From: an uncultured bacterium
GTDB lineage: Bacteria > Babelota > Babeliae > Babelales > Vermiphilaceae
DNA: 64,000 bases
Assembly: GCA_963727255.1 (NCBI GenBank)
Contig: CAVSFC010000002.1
Span: forward strand, 256,001-320,000
Direction of reading: 5' to 3'
Under the pieces are notes generated by a model. That model saw nothing but the letters and a program-made list of their open reading frames with translations. It did not search any database and was not told the origin of the DNA. Both the position numbers and the translations under genes were made by a program. Shown here piece after piece: positions 9,989 to 23,092 of this stretch (its first letter is position 1; each line of letters begins with the position of its first letter).

Positions 9989-11843
9989 GTGCTTCTTCCC
10001 ATTCTTTCATAGCTTGTTGATGCTGCGCTTTTAAATCGATTAAAGATTTTTCAGCTTTTTTATATTCCTCAGTCCCATACATTAGGTTCGCAAATTTCAA
10101 TTCTTGCTCTCTAATTCTATATTCAAACTGCTCTATTCTTCTTTCTAAAGCTTTAATTTTTTTGTTGAGCTCATATTGATTTACCGCTGGCAGTTCTTTT
10201 TTGGACTCAGCCCGCACAATCGCTTTTATATCTTTATTCTGCTGAGCATCAAGCACATGCTTTTTGTAATAGAGATATTCATCATAATTGCCATCAAAGC
10301 TTATGATACCAGTTGGAGTAAGTTCGATGATGCGCGTGGCCAGATCATTTAAAAAAGCTCGATCGTGGGAAACGAAAAGTACCGTTCCTTCATAGGCGCG
10401 CAATGCATCGAGCAAAACCTTTTTTGAATCAAGATCAAGATGGTTGGTCGGCTCATCAAGCAAAAGCAAATTAGCTTTTTGCAGAAGCACCTTCACCATA
10501 CCGACCCGATTTTTTTCACCCCCGCTTAAAACCCCAATCTTTTTATCTACATCTTCACCGCTAAATAAGAATGCCCCCAAAAACGCTCGGACTGTTGCAG
10601 TGGTAATCCCAGGAGCGCAGCTGCCATCAATGTTGTCTAAAACTGATTTTTTGGCATCCAGGGCCGCATTTTGGTCTTGGTCAAAGAGTGCGCTGGTGAC
10701 ATTTGAACCGAACGTAACCGAACCGGTTTGCATAGGCAATTTACCACTAATGATATTAAAAAGTGTGGATTTACCGCCGCCATTGCTTGCAACGATCGCA
10801 ACCTTTTGGCCCCTTTCAATCTCAAAACTCACATTCTTAAAAATTGGTTTATCAGGAAATGAGAATCCAAGGCTTTCAACCTTTAAAACCATAGATCCGG
10901 ATCGAGCAGTGGGCGGAAAAGAAAACTTAATATTTTTAAGGGTCGGAGGCAAAACAATTCTTTCAACTTTCTCAAGCTGCTTAATCCAGCTTTGCGCCTG
11001 CTTGGCGCGAGATGCGCTCGCTCTGAACCGGGCAATATTCTCTTCTTTTTGCTTAATCTCTTTTTGCTGCAAAACATAGGCCGCTTCAAGCAATGCTCGA
11101 TTATGCTCTTTTTGCACCTCATAGGCACTAAAATTACCTTGATAAAAGGTGCCTTCGCCCATCTCCAGTTCAAAAATTTGTTTGCATAAATGATCAAGAA
11201 AATACCGCTCGTGGCATACGAGCATAAAGCCAAATGGCGCTGCTTTTAAAAAATCTAAAAACCAATCCTTTGCAAAAATATCTAAGTGGTTGGTCGGTTC
11301 ATCAAAAAGATAGAAATCTGCATTTTGCAACAATAATTTTGCCAGCACAATGCGCATGCGCCAACCGATACTCAATGAAGCAATCGGCTTATCAAAATCG
11401 GCTTCCTTAAACCCAAGGCCTAAAAGCATCTTTTTTGTTTTGGCGGCCAGCGCTTCGGGATTAGCCTCTTTAAGCTCGTCATGAAGATGGGCATACCGTT
11501 CTAAATCGACCTCTTGCCCATCGCTCATCTGCTGCTCAAGAAGATCAAGCTCATTTTTAAGCATCATAAGAGTAGCAAAGGCAGTCATGGTCTCTTCAAG
11601 AATGTTTAATTGCGAGGCAAGGACAACATCCTGCGCCAAATACGCAATTTTCTTATTTTTGCTGATGGTGATTGTGCCACTATCAAGCTGCTGCAAGCCC
11701 ACAATTGCTTCTAAAAGCGTAGATTTGCCTGAGCCATTTTTGCCGATGAGGCCAATTCTTTGATCTTCATTAATATCAAAAGAGATCTGGTCAAATAAAA
11801 CGCGTGAGCCGAAGGATAGGGTGATTGATTGAGCTTGTATCAT
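9963..11843 (-). CDS. ABC-F family ATPase
   Basis: Two ABC domains (GKNGSGKST and SNGGGKST, two DEPTNHLD), linker, C-terminal coiled coil, no TM. Confidence 0.92.
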   Translation of the reverse strand: MIQAQSITLSFGSRVLFDQISFDINEDQRIGLIGKNGSGKSTLLEAIVGLQQLDSGTITISKNKKIAYLAQDVVLASQLNILEETMTAFATLMMLKNELDLLEQQMSDGQEVDLERYAHLHDELKEANPEALAAKTKKMLLGLGFKEADFDKPIASLSIGWRMRIVLAKLLLQNADFYLFDEPTNHLDIFAKDWFLDFLKAAPFGFMLVCHERYFLDHLCKQIFELEMGEGTFYQGNFSAYEVQKEHNRALLEAAYVLQQKEIKQKEENIARFRASASRAKQAQSWIKQLEKVERIVLPPTLKNIKFSFPPTARSGSMVLKVESLGFSFPDKPIFKNVSFEIERGQKVAIVASNGGGKSTLFNIISGKLPMQTGSVTFGSNVTSALFDQDQNAALDAKKSVLDNIDGSCAPGITTATVRAFLGAFLFSGEDVDKKIGVLSGGEKNRVGMVKVLLQKANLLLLDEPTNHLDLDSKKVLLDALRAYEGTVLFVSHDRAFLNDLATRIIELTPTGIISFDGNYDEYLYYKKHVLDAQQNKDIKAIVRAESKKELPAVNQYELNKKIKALERRIEQFEYRIREQELKFANLMYGTEEYKKAEKSLIDLKAQHQQAMKEWEEAHDFSKKIF

Positions 11844-11975
11844 AGTATTAATAATTGTATGCGAATCTTGATTTTAGCGCAAATAAAGCTCCAGTATCAG
11901 GCAATCTTGATATTTGGTCATATTCCTCTTACAATATCCCCGTTAGTCTAAATCACTCAATTCTCAGGAAAAAGT

Positions 11976-12659
11976 ATGCGATTAAATTCACGGTTTTTCA
12001 TGGTCCTGGCACTATTTAATGGCATAATCATCTCAATGGAAAAAGCAGAAACTAATGCTCTGAGCATTGTAAAAGAGGTAGAAAGTGAAAACCAGCTAGA
12101 GAAGGACGCGGCTCTCGCTCGGCGACTCCTGGAAGTTGAAAACGAGCATTCCTCTGAAGAAGAATTAATTCTTAGCGAACCTTCATCATCTGCTTATAAA
12201 GAAATCAAATTTTTAGAAGACACGCAAAGAACTTCTCTCAATAAAACCATGAATGCTCTTAAACGAAAATTTGATAACTCTTTCAATGCCATGAGCACAG
12301 TAATAGCCGTGCAACATAACCAAAATTATAAACCTGAACCATATATAATTAAAAATACTTTAAAAGATTCTTTGGAAATAGCTCAGAGCGCCTTTGATAG
12401 AGCAAGCCAAGATTATGAGAAACATCTATTACTTATAAAAGAATCGGAACAGCACCTCGGTTGCGATGATACCGCGAATTTGGCGGAACCCCTCATTAAT
12501 GATCTTTATGAAATATATTTAGATAAAATTCATGCAGAAGTAGAATCATTTTTCGCACTGGCAGCCACTAAATATGTTAAATGGTATACCGAATCGAGAT
12601 TATGGGACAAGCGTGCAAAAAAAGCGAAAACATATGGCAAAGACCCTAAAAATTCTTAA
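11976..12659 (+). CDS. Hypothetical secreted coiled-coil protein
   Basis: Signal peptide ending IIS|MEK; segment QLEKDAALARRL; basic C-terminus. Confidence 0.7.
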   Translation: MRLNSRFFMVLALFNGIIISMEKAETNALSIVKEVESENQLEKDAALARRLLEVENEHSSEEELILSEPSSSAYKEIKFLEDTQRTSLNKTMNALKRKFDNSFNAMSTVIAVQHNQNYKPEPYIIKNTLKDSLEIAQSAFDRASQDYEKHLLLIKESEQHLGCDDTANLAEPLINDLYEIYLDKIHAEVESFFALAATKYVKWYTESRLWDKRAKKAKTYGKDPKNS

Positions 12660-13323
12660 GCGATCCATCAACCATTTCATAAACCGTTTCCATGCGTTCG
12701 GTTACAAACGTATCATGGGAAGAAATAATGAGCCCCATGCCCCATTCCTTTTGCGCTTGCGTGATCAGATCTAAAATGCGTTGAGCTGTTTGCGGATCAA
12801 GATTGCCCGTCGGTTCATCGGCCAATAAGAATTGCGGCCTATTTTTTAATGCTCTAGCTAATGCTACTCGCTGCTGTTGGCCGCCTGAAAGCTGCCCCGG
12901 ATATGCATTCGCTTTTGATTCTAAACCCACATTTCTGAGTAATTCTCTGCCCTCACGCGCAGATGCCTTGGCTTCTTGCCCGGCAATGAGCCCTTTGATC
13001 ATAACGTTTTCAAGAACCGTCAGCTCTTTTATGAGATAGGGGTATTGGAACACGAGGCCGATGGTCTTATTAAGAAAAATGCTCTTTTTAGCTTCAGATA
13101 AAGCATTAATATCTTCAGTCCCATAGATCACCGTTCCTTTGGTAGGAGCATCAAGGCCTGCCAGAAGATGAATGAGCGTTGATTTGCCACTTCCAGAGAC
13201 CCCGGTAATTGCATAGGATTTTCCTTGCTCAAAAGTAGCTGAAACTCCTTTTAAAACCGGAACAATCATATCACCTTGGCAATAGCTTTTATACACATCG
13301 GACAGTATAAGTTTTTTTTCCAT
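12646..13323 (-). CDS. lolD: ABC transporter ATPase, LolD-like
   Basis: [27 protein letters not shown]. Confidence 0.75.
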   Translation of the reverse strand: MEKKLILSDVYKSYCQGDMIVPVLKGVSATFEQGKSYAITGVSGSGKSTLIHLLAGLDAPTKGTVIYGTEDINALSEAKKSIFLNKTIGLVFQYPYLIKELTVLENVMIKGLIAGQEAKASAREGRELLRNVGLESKANAYPGQLSGGQQQRVALARALKNRPQFLLADEPTGNLDPQTAQRILDLITQAQKEWGMGLIISSHDTFVTERMETVYEMVDGSLKNF

Positions 13324-13504
13324 ATGAATTTTTTCCCTTCTCTTACTATTTAACACAAAACAACGCTGTTTTCAAAAAGAAGATTCGCTCATTTTATGCA
13401 TAAATATTGTCTTTGTCGAAAACGTGGGCCTACAATGGAGTGTAGGGTAATGAATCGGAGAAGGTGATCACACCGGGGCGATAGAATTGATTGAGGGGGA
13501 GTGA

Positions 13505-15864
13505 ATGAAGACGGTATTGAACAAAGACATGCATGAACAAATTCCAGAAATGCTCCCAGTAATTCCGACAATGGATGTTGTTGTGTTTCCACATATGATT
13601 GTGCCGTTATTGGTACTTGATGAAAAGATCATCAAGGGCATAAATCAATCACTACAAGAAGCCAAATTGGTCTTACTGCTTGCGGCAAAAAAACAGATTG
13701 ATAGCGATGAAGGAATCGCTACCAAAGATCTTTATAATATTGGGACGGTCGCATCAATTATGCGTCTTATAAAAATTCCTGAAGGCGGAATTAAAATTCT
13801 GGTGCAAGGGATTTGCAAAGCTGAAGCACAGCGATATTATGGCATCAGAAGATAGTCTTGCAAGCATACTATTTGCAAACTTGATAGCAATTCATCTCGA
13901 TAATAAAGATGAAATTCAAGCTCATGTTAAAAATATTAAAACTTTTAGCAGAAAAAATGGCAATTGCAGGCAATGCATTTAGCCCTGATTTCCATATTAT
14001 TCTTTCCAAAATGCAAGATCCGGAAAAAATTGCCGATTTTATTTTATCTCATTTAAATCTTGGCGTTGAACAAGCGCAAGGCATTACTTAGAAACCAGAG
14101 ATCAAGCAGAATCTGCTTGAGCGCACTCTATCGCTATCTTGCCAAAGAAATGGAAGTTGCGGAAATGCAAGAAAAAATCCGCAATAATGCGCGCGATTCA
14201 ATGAATAAAGCACAAAAAGAGTTTTATTTGCGCGAGCAAATGCGCGCAATTAAAAAAGAACTTGGTGAAGATGATCTTGAAGAAATTGAAGCAATGCGTG
14301 AAAAGCTTGAAAGCATTAGAAGCTCCTGAAGAAGTTAAAGTTGAAGTGCGCCGTCATATTAATCGGCTTGAAAAAACATCGCCCGATTCGATGGAAGCAA
14401 CCGTAACGCGCAATTATCTTGAATGGATCTTTGCATTACCATGGCAAACATTTACGCACTGATAATCTTGATATTGATCATGCCAAAAAAGTTCTTGATG
14501 AAGATCATTATGGATTAAAAGAAATTAAAGATCGTATTTTGATTTTATTTCAATACGCAAACTAAAAACGATGGCTATGCACCAATTTTATGTTTTGTAG
14601 GGCCTCCGGGAACCGGCAAAACATCATTGGGGCAATCAATTGCACGCGCACTTGGGCAGAAGCTATTTCCGAATCTCGTTGGGCGGCGTGAAAGATGAAG
14701 CAGAAATTCGTGGCCATCGCCGAACCTATGTGGGCGCAATGCCGGGCCGATTTATTCAAGCAATCAAAAAATCGGGCACCTGAATCCGGTTATTGTGATT
14801 GATGAGCTTGATAAAATTGGCTCAGATTTTAGAGGCGATCCATCAGCAGCAATGCTTGAAGTGCTTGATCCGCAACAAAATAAAACATTTTATGATAATT
14901 ATCTAGGGTTCCTTTTGATCTTTCACAAGTAATGTTTATTGCACGGCAAATTCACTTGATACTATTTCCGAGCCATTGCGAGATCGTATGGAAATCATTG
15001 AAGTTTCTGGCTATACCCATGAAGAAAAACTGAACATTGCAAAAATGCATTTGGTACAAAAGAGCAATTGCGGATACCGGGCTTACAAATCATAATTTAC
15101 TAATTCCTGATGATATTATTACTGATATTATCATTAATTACACCCGAGAATCAGGAGTGCGCCAATTAGAACGAATTATTCGAAAGCTCTGCTCAAAAGC
15201 AGCACGTAACTTTTGTAGAAGCAAATCAGATTATTACATTCGATCAAGAAAATCTTCATACCTATCTTGGACCGCGCAAATTCCTGGAAGATGATATGTG
15301 CAAAGAAGATCAAATTGGTATAACCAATGGTCTTGCATGGACTCCGTATGGCGGCGAAATGATCAAAATTGAAGCAGTACTTATGCCGGGCAAAGGCAAA
15401 TTAATTCTCACCGGACAATTAGGCGACGTGATGAAAGAATCTGCGCAAGCAGCATTAAGTTATGCACAAGCACATGCAGAAGAATTTAAAATTGATCAGA
15501 AATGTTCACCAATTATGATCTGCATATTCATGTGCCGGCAGGGGCAGTTCCAAAAGATGGGCCTTCGGCAGGTATCACGATGCTTACTGCAATTCTTTCC
15601 GTGCTCACGCAACGGCCAATCAATGCACAATATGCCATGACGGGTGAACTGAATTTACGTGGTGAAGTGATGCCAATTGGCGGCGTAAAAGAAAAAATAC
15701 TTGCAGCAAAACGCAACCAAGTTGATCATGTTATTTTACCGTATAAAAATCGGCATGATCTGGCAGGAATTGAAGATATGTTTGAGGGAATTAATGTAAT
15801 TTTGGTGCATCATGCTGATGAAGTACTTGAACATGTATTAATGCCCGCAACACAGAAAATATAA
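13505..15864 (+). CDS. lon: Lon protease (several frameshifts in this sequence)
   Basis: LON N-domain [56 protein letters not shown], spread over several frames. Confidence 0.92.
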
Positions 15865-15869
15865 ATACT

Positions 15870-15912
15870 AAAACAAAGAGAGGGCAGCAGATCGCTGTCC
15901 TCTCTTTGTTTT
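15870..15912 (+). terminator. Intrinsic terminator after lon
   Basis: AAAACAAAGAGAGGGCAGC-agatc-GCTGTCCTCTCTTTGTTTT. Confidence 0.85.
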
Positions 15913-16019
15913 AAACGTTTCAATGCTCCAGAGGTATACCTATTTAACCCAAAAAAATGTTAGCTTTTCTATGACCAAATTATAATTGGCTGGAAACCTT
16001 AAAAATAAGGGGCATAACA

Positions 16020-16472
16020 GTGAGACTGAATATATTATTTACTATGGCAATAGCCACTCCATTAACATTTGCAATGGAAGAAAAAAAACTTGATCTCATT
16101 CAGCAGTATCATAATTTTGCATTTGCACACATGAATCCGACAACGCAACTATTTCTGAAAGCGCTTCCCAATGACCCAAAATCAAAAATCATTAATCGAT
16201 ACTTGACCCAACTTTCCTTTACCGCTCTGCTCTATAAACAAATGTATGCATGTTCGAACGCAGAAGTAGGCGAAATTCCTCAGGAGGTACGCACTGCCTA
16301 TCGAGTAATGCCCAACACTAATTTTCTGTATCATCGAATTATTGAGAATAGAATTTATAATGAAATAGAGTTGCTTTATCCTGAGGATTTTAATCCGATG
16401 CAAGCATGGAAAAATCGCCTAGAACAGATTGAAGAACAGATAGCCAAGCAGTTAGAAGAAGAGCAGGTGTAA
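16020..16472 (+). CDS. Hypothetical secreted protein
   Basis: GTG start; signal peptide ending TFA|MEEK. Confidence 0.7.
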   Translation: MRLNILFTMAIATPLTFAMEEKKLDLIQQYHNFAFAHMNPTTQLFLKALPNDPKSKIINRYLTQLSFTALLYKQMYACSNAEVGEIPQEVRTAYRVMPNTNFLYHRIIENRIYNEIELLYPEDFNPMQAWKNRLEQIEEQIAKQLEEEQV

Positions 16473-16531
16473 GCACTTTCTTTACAAACTGCCCCAGTTA
16501 CATTAGCTTTGATGGAGAATCCGAACACTAT

Positions 16532-16615
16532 CCGTTCGTCTCGAGCGAGCGGAGCGAGTCGAGAGATGCTTATTCGACTTCTCGATTCGGCCTTTGGCTC
16601 ACTCGAAGCGAACGG
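16532..16615. repeat. REP-like palindrome, CCGTTCG...CGAACGG type
   Basis: Close reverse-complement match at 54323-54412. Confidence 0.85.
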
Positions 16616-16635
16616 GATATTTTTTGATAGGTTAA

Positions 16636-18080
<1,445 letters not shown>

Positions 18081-18108
18081 TATGCAACTGATAATGGTAT
18101 TTAGCCGA

Positions 18109-18190
18109 CTCGCACCCTTCGACGAGCTCAGGGCGAGCGGCAATAAAGCACAGTAATCCGCTCGTGGTGAGCATGTCGAACCATTCGAGC
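18109..18190. repeat. REP-like doublet (CCCTTCGACRAGCTCAGG family) flanked by a 19-bp direct repeat
   Basis: Same two halves as 23093-23170; ATGCAACTGATAATGGTAT at 18082 and 18210. Confidence 0.85.
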
Positions 18191-18209
18191 AAAGCATCGG
18201 ATAAATTTA

Positions 18210-18449
18210 ATGCAACTGATAATGGTATGGCCAGATAAAAAAGTAACTGCTGAAATTGCGTGGCTGGAGCTTAATACGCCGACCGGCAATTATGTTATTC
18301 AACCGGGGCATGCTCCTATGATTCTGGCACTCTCGCCGCGCAAGCAACTTATTTATGCGCTTAAAAGTGGCAAAGAGGAGGTTATAATGGTAGAACGCGG
18401 TATCGCAGAAATTACCAGAACAAATATCACTCTTTTGCTTTCAGCATGA
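18210..18449 (+). CDS. atpC: ATP synthase epsilon subunit, short form (N-terminal beta domain only)
   Basis: Follows atpD; TPTGNYVIQPGHAPMI motif; 79 aa. Confidence 0.85.
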   Translation: MQLIMVWPDKKVTAEIAWLELNTPTGNYVIQPGHAPMILALSPRKQLIYALKSGKEEVIMVERGIAEITRTNITLLLSA

Positions 18450-18819
18450 AATAATACTCATTCTTTTTCAAACATTAACCCAGTTTTCAATGTTAATAAG
18501 ATAATTTAACATTTTTTTCATCTTCTTTAAAGCTAGATAAGCATAATAGAAGCTATCTTTTTGCGATTCGGCAGCAACCGTTACTGTTGTTTTAAGAGGT
18601 AAAAAAATCCATCAATGTAGGTGTATCTTCTGCAACGAATAGGCGAAATTTATGAGCATACTTAGAACTATAATTTGATATGTAAAATGCATAAAAAGCT
18701 TCCAAAAAAGAATAAACACTTTATCTTTTAAGCAAATTTTGGCGATACTATTATGCAACTGGTTGCAGAATTGCTACTATTGCAATAGCAGTATGAGTGT
18801 TTTTTATAGGGGGAAAATC

Positions 18820-19314
18820 ATGCAAAAATATTTATTTATTATCATATTTTTAATCATAGCAAACAAACATGCATTGGCGGATGCCATGGAACATACTTGC
18901 CCGCAATCAACTCAACAAATTAATAGTCTGTATTATTTTTTTAATGGCCTTAAAAATAGAGCCGATTATGTTTTTGAAAATCCTTTTCCAAATACGCCAC
19001 TATCAGTGAAAGAAGGAAAAACATTTGGAATCAAGTTACCATTCTCAATTCTCCAGAACTTTCCAAGAACTGATTCATGGAGAGTGGATTTAATCGCCAA
19101 TGTAAAAAGCGAAAACCTAAAAGAACAATTGAAAATCGGACTCCTATACTCTGAATTTATTCAGGATAGTGATAATATTTCATTAGATGGAGTTAAAGGA
19201 ACCTCAACGTTTGTTTTTCTGGCAATACAAAAAGGATTAGCTTTTGCTACATTTAAAAATAAAATCAATGGCCAAGAAGAAACTAAGAAGATCCTAATAG
19301 AAGTAGTTGAATAA
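18820..19314 (+). CDS. Secreted protein, possible chagasin/I42 cysteine-protease inhibitor fold
   Basis: Signal peptide; VKEGKTFGIKLP...GVKGTSTFVFLAIQKG pattern. Confidence 0.45.
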   Translation: MQKYLFIIIFLIIANKHALADAMEHTCPQSTQQINSLYYFFNGLKNRADYVFENPFPNTPLSVKEGKTFGIKLPFSILQNFPRTDSWRVDLIANVKSENLKEQLKIGLLYSEFIQDSDNISLDGVKGTSTFVFLAIQKGLAFATFKNKINGQEETKKILIEVVE

Positions 19315-19397
19315 AAGCTTCTCAAAAATTATTTGTTTTGATTCGTCTGATTTTCTTTTATTTCTTTTCGGCATTCTTGTACAAATTTTTCAAAGAG

Positions 19398-19589
19398 TTA
19401 ATCTAAAGTATTACTGCTCTTAGCGTCAAGAACGCGATAATGCCCACCCGACAAAAGGGTCATAAGTGCTTTGAACCTTGTATGAGCAAGAAAGCAATCA
19501 TTTTTGGACTGAGGATTTTGAGTTGCTGCTTGTGAACTTATACTTGCCAAGAGCATTACAGTTAACATAAAATTTTGTGCATTCTTCAT
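19398..19589 (-). CDS. Small secreted peptide
   Basis: 63 aa; signal peptide ending SQA. Confidence 0.4.
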   Translation of the reverse strand: MKNAQNFMLTVMLLASISSQAATQNPQSKNDCFLAHTRFKALMTLLSGGHYRVLDAKSSNTLD

Positions 19590-19698
19590 AGCGGCCCAAT
19601 TAGAATTGTATAATTGAATGATGTATACTATTTTGATTCATTATTTTAAGACAAAAGCTTGAATAAGTAAAGATCAAAACATAAAGAAAAACTTTAAA

Positions 19699-21310
19699 AT
19701 GAAAAAAAAGATTGGCCATATTTTATCAGGATCGCTCGAGCAGGGATTGCTTATGCGAATCAACTCCGAAATAAATCCCGAAAGCATAAAAACGGGCAAA
19801 TTTGTTTCTATCGTTGGAGCCGATCATAAATATTTTTCATTGATTACTGATTTGAGCTTGGCGATTTCCCATCCGGATATTCTCTTATTTCCTCCTGCTG
19901 AAAATGAAGAGCTTTTACTTTCTTTTTTAAAACAAAAAGATATGTATGCGACCGCCAATTTAAAGCCAATGCTGATGCTCGGCGCCGATGCGCGGCCAAT
20001 GCCAGTAAAAACAATTCCGCCCCATTTTTCTACCGTGTTTGAGGTTGATAATAAAGATGTTGCTCTTATTTTTGGAAATGAAGATCATCCCGATAAACGG
20101 TATTTTAATATCGGCTGCCCGCTTGATATGACAACTCCGGTGTGCCTTGATCTTGAACGGTTAACTGAGCGGAGCAATGGTATTTTTGGCAAAACAGGCA
20201 CTGGAAAAACATTTATTACCCGTTTAGTATTAGCCGGTTTAATTAAACATGAAAAAGCGGTCAATTTGATTTTTGATATGCACAGTGAATATGGATTGCA
20301 AGCGCGCAAAGAAGGGGGATCTCTTTCATTTGTAAAAGGATTAAAAACCTTATTTCCAAGCAAAGTGGCTATCTTCTCATTAGATCCTGAATCCACGCGC
20401 CGGCGTTCTGGCATGCCAGATGTTGAGGTTACTCTCTCCTATCAATCGGTGAGTGTGGAAGATATTCTTTCATTGGGTGACGAGCTCGGGTTGCATGCAA
20501 CCGCGCTTGAGGCCGCATATCTTATTGCTGCAAAATATAAGCATGATTGGCTGCAGGTATTGTTATCGCAAGGAGATAGTCTTAAAGAATTTGCGCAGCA
20601 GCTTGGTGGCCACCCTGAATCTATTGCAGCATTGTATCGCAAATTAAAGCGAATTGAACGATTGCCATTCTTCAAACCCGGCGCCCCAGGAGCCTATAAA
20701 GATCATTCAGTTATTGATCAAATGATGGAATATATTAGATCACGGAATCAGCGTGATCGTAGAGTTTGGCAATCATACTTCAACATTTTGTTACCTGCTG
20801 ATTGCGAATATTATCACGCGCAGAATTCACCAAGAATATATGAGTAAAACTGAAAAATTTCTTGGCTCCCAAAAAAAGGAAGATGAACCAAAAAAATTAA
20901 TGATCACCATTGAAGAGGCGCACAAATTTTTAAATCCTTCCGCCGCACGCCAAACTATTTTTGGCATCATTGCACGCGAAATGAGAAAATATTATGTTTC
21001 GCTCCTGGTAGTAGATCAGCGCCCATCAGGCATTGATGAAGAGATCATCTCGCAAATTGGGACTAAAATTGTCGCCCAGCTCAATGATGAGAAAGATATC
21101 CAAGCAGTCCTTACTGGCGTAAGCGGCGCAAGCAACTTACGCGCAATTCTTGCTTCTCTTGATAGCAAAAAGCAAGCACTCTTGCTTGGCCACGCGCTCA
21201 CCATGCCCATCGTAATACAAACACGCGAATATGATGAACAATTTTATCGCGCGATGGATACTCAAGTGAGTTCCAAGCAAATTGATCAATTTGTGCAGGA
21301 ATTGTTCTAA
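19699..21310 (+). CDS. HerA/FtsK-like ATPase (HAS barrel plus DUF87), one frameshift near 20745
   Basis: GKTGTGKT, IFDMHSEYG, IEEAHKF, AREMRKY, VDQRPS. Confidence 0.85.
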
Positions 21311-21411
21311 ATAAAGGTCTTTTGCTCTCTGCTTGACACGTGACCCAGAGCATATAAACTTGGGGTCAACAAGCATCAAAATCCATACCCTTTTCCTCCT
21401 GGAGGTAAGCT

Positions 21412-21939
21412 ATGAATAACATTCTTAAATCAGGGCTATTTTTAGCTCTTTTTACCATCACTTTTTCCACATTTGGTCAGCAAACCATTAAAGAGAAGCA
21501 TCTTGCAAGCTATGTTATGGATTGCGTCGATTATTGGTTCTATCCGAATCATACCCATCCCCAGATGGACGGATTGGCACAATCGATCGTCTCAGAAATC
21601 TTGCATTCGCAAAATTATGAATATGAATGGAATTGGAGCGCCCTGATTTATGAAGCTGTCTACCCGCTCGATTATGTGGGGCAGATTATGCGCGGAGCAA
21701 TTATCCAACATGTGAGTGAACACAGTTATCATTATGCGCGTGAAATCACGTCGCGCGAAAATGCGCGCCGCATAGCCGATTATATTTATAACTATCTCTT
21801 CAATTACTGTTCACAAAATCCAATCCTGCCCCAAGGAATCTTTGCCGGTTGCGTCGCTGATAATTTAAGAAATTGGGTGATCCAAATTTATAATCAATCA
21901 ACCTTACAGTATGCTCCAGAACGCCCTTGTTGTTGGTAA
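21412..21939 (+). CDS. Hypothetical secreted protein
   Basis: GGAGG RBS; signal peptide; aromatic-rich helical body. Confidence 0.7.
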   Translation: MNNILKSGLFLALFTITFSTFGQQTIKEKHLASYVMDCVDYWFYPNHTHPQMDGLAQSIVSEILHSQNYEYEWNWSALIYEAVYPLDYVGQIMRGAIIQHVSEHSYHYAREITSRENARRIADYIYNYLFNYCSQNPILPQGIFAGCVADNLRNWVIQIYNQSTLQYAPERPCCW

Positions 21940-22009
21940 AAAATAAACCTCAACAAGCCCACTTTAAATCTATCGCTTAAAAAATTAATTTTGAATATTA
22001 GGTAATTTT

Positions 22010-22774
22010 ATGAATAAAACAGTCCCCGTTCTTATAATTTCATTAGTAATCAGTTTCATTTTAGTTTGGCGCCTGGCAAATCGTTCGCCAATTGAAACAC
22101 GCCGACCAGAAAACATCTTAGTAATTGGTACAAATGCCGAATATGCTCCATTCAGTTTTGTGCAAGGCAAAACAATTACCGGCTTTGATATTGATCTGAT
22201 TGAAGAAGTTGCAAAACGCCTTAATAAAACGGTGCAATTACAAGATATGCCATTCGATGGATTAATTTCTGCCCTGCAGCTGGGAAGTATCCAAGTAATT
22301 GCTGCTGGCATCACCCCAACTCCTGAACGGGCTGAGCGCATTCTATTCACCAAACCCTATCTTACGGGGGATCAATTACTTATTATCAGCCCCGCAGGTG
22401 CTCCAATAAAAAATCTCGATCAATTAAAAGGCAAGAAAGTTGCGGTAAATGAAGGATTTACTGCCGATTATTATATGTCTAAAATCCAAGGGCCTGAACT
22501 GATTAAATTTGCAACCGCAATCGAATCCTTCATGACCCTTGAAAGCGGCCGCGTTGATGCATTAGTCGCGGCTAAAAATACGGTAAAGCCGTTTTTAGAA
22601 CATTATGGGGCTGAAAAATTCTTTATAGTTTCAATTCCTGATACCACCGATGAATATGCGCTGGCCATATCCAAAAAATACCCAGAGCTTTTAGAACCGA
22701 TTCAAAAAGCGATTGATGAGATTACTGCCGATGGCACCTTAGAGAAATTGAAGAAAAAGTGGGGATTAGAATAG
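22010..22774 (+). CDS. Polar amino-acid ABC transporter substrate-binding protein
   Basis: GTNAEYAPFSF, GFDIDL, FDGLISAL, TPERAE, DGTLEKLKKKW. Confidence 0.9.
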   Translation: MNKTVPVLIISLVISFILVWRLANRSPIETRRPENILVIGTNAEYAPFSFVQGKTITGFDIDLIEEVAKRLNKTVQLQDMPFDGLISALQLGSIQVIAAGITPTPERAERILFTKPYLTGDQLLIISPAGAPIKNLDQLKGKKVAVNEGFTADYYMSKIQGPELIKFATAIESFMTLESGRVDALVAAKNTVKPFLEHYGAEKFFIVSIPDTTDEYALAISKKYPELLEPIQKAIDEITADGTLEKLKKKWGLE

Positions 22775-23017
22775 TTTTTGTTCTTCGGCCAAAATCGCTG
22801 CTTTTTTTTCAATGCCACGATTATAGCCACCAAGACACCCATCTGAGCGGATCACGCGATGGCAAGGAATTGCCGGATCATAATTTTTGCTGATAATATT
22901 GCCAACTGCGCGAGCTGCTTTTGGATTACCAGCCAATGCAGCAACCTGTGCATAGCTCATGGTTTTGCCCTTGGGAATTTTTGCAACGATTTCTAATACC
23001 TTTTGAGCGAAATGCAT
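22766..23017 (-). CDS. ogt: O6-alkylguanine DNA alkyltransferase, C-terminal domain only
   Basis: IPKGKTMSY, AARAVG, active site IPCHRVI. Confidence 0.85.
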   Translation of the reverse strand: MHFAQKVLEIVAKIPKGKTMSYAQVAALAGNPKAARAVGNIISKNYDPAIPCHRVIRSDGCLGGYNRGIEKKAAILAEEQKLF

Positions 23018-23092
23018 GATAATCCTTTGAATTCTTTGAAAAAAGAGAGAATTTCTTTAGGCTAGTAATTATACAGAAAATAATAATTTTCT

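Noticed and set aside
10444..11079. 211-aa antisense ORF inside the ABC-F gene, and similar shadow ORFs elsewhere
   Set aside because: Fully overlaps a well-supported gene on the other strand, with no RBS or domain signal
21330..21375. Imperfect inverted repeat overlapping a TTGACA promoter-like site
   Set aside because: Explained as the HerA-gene terminator or the next gene's promoter; no evidence for a distinct element
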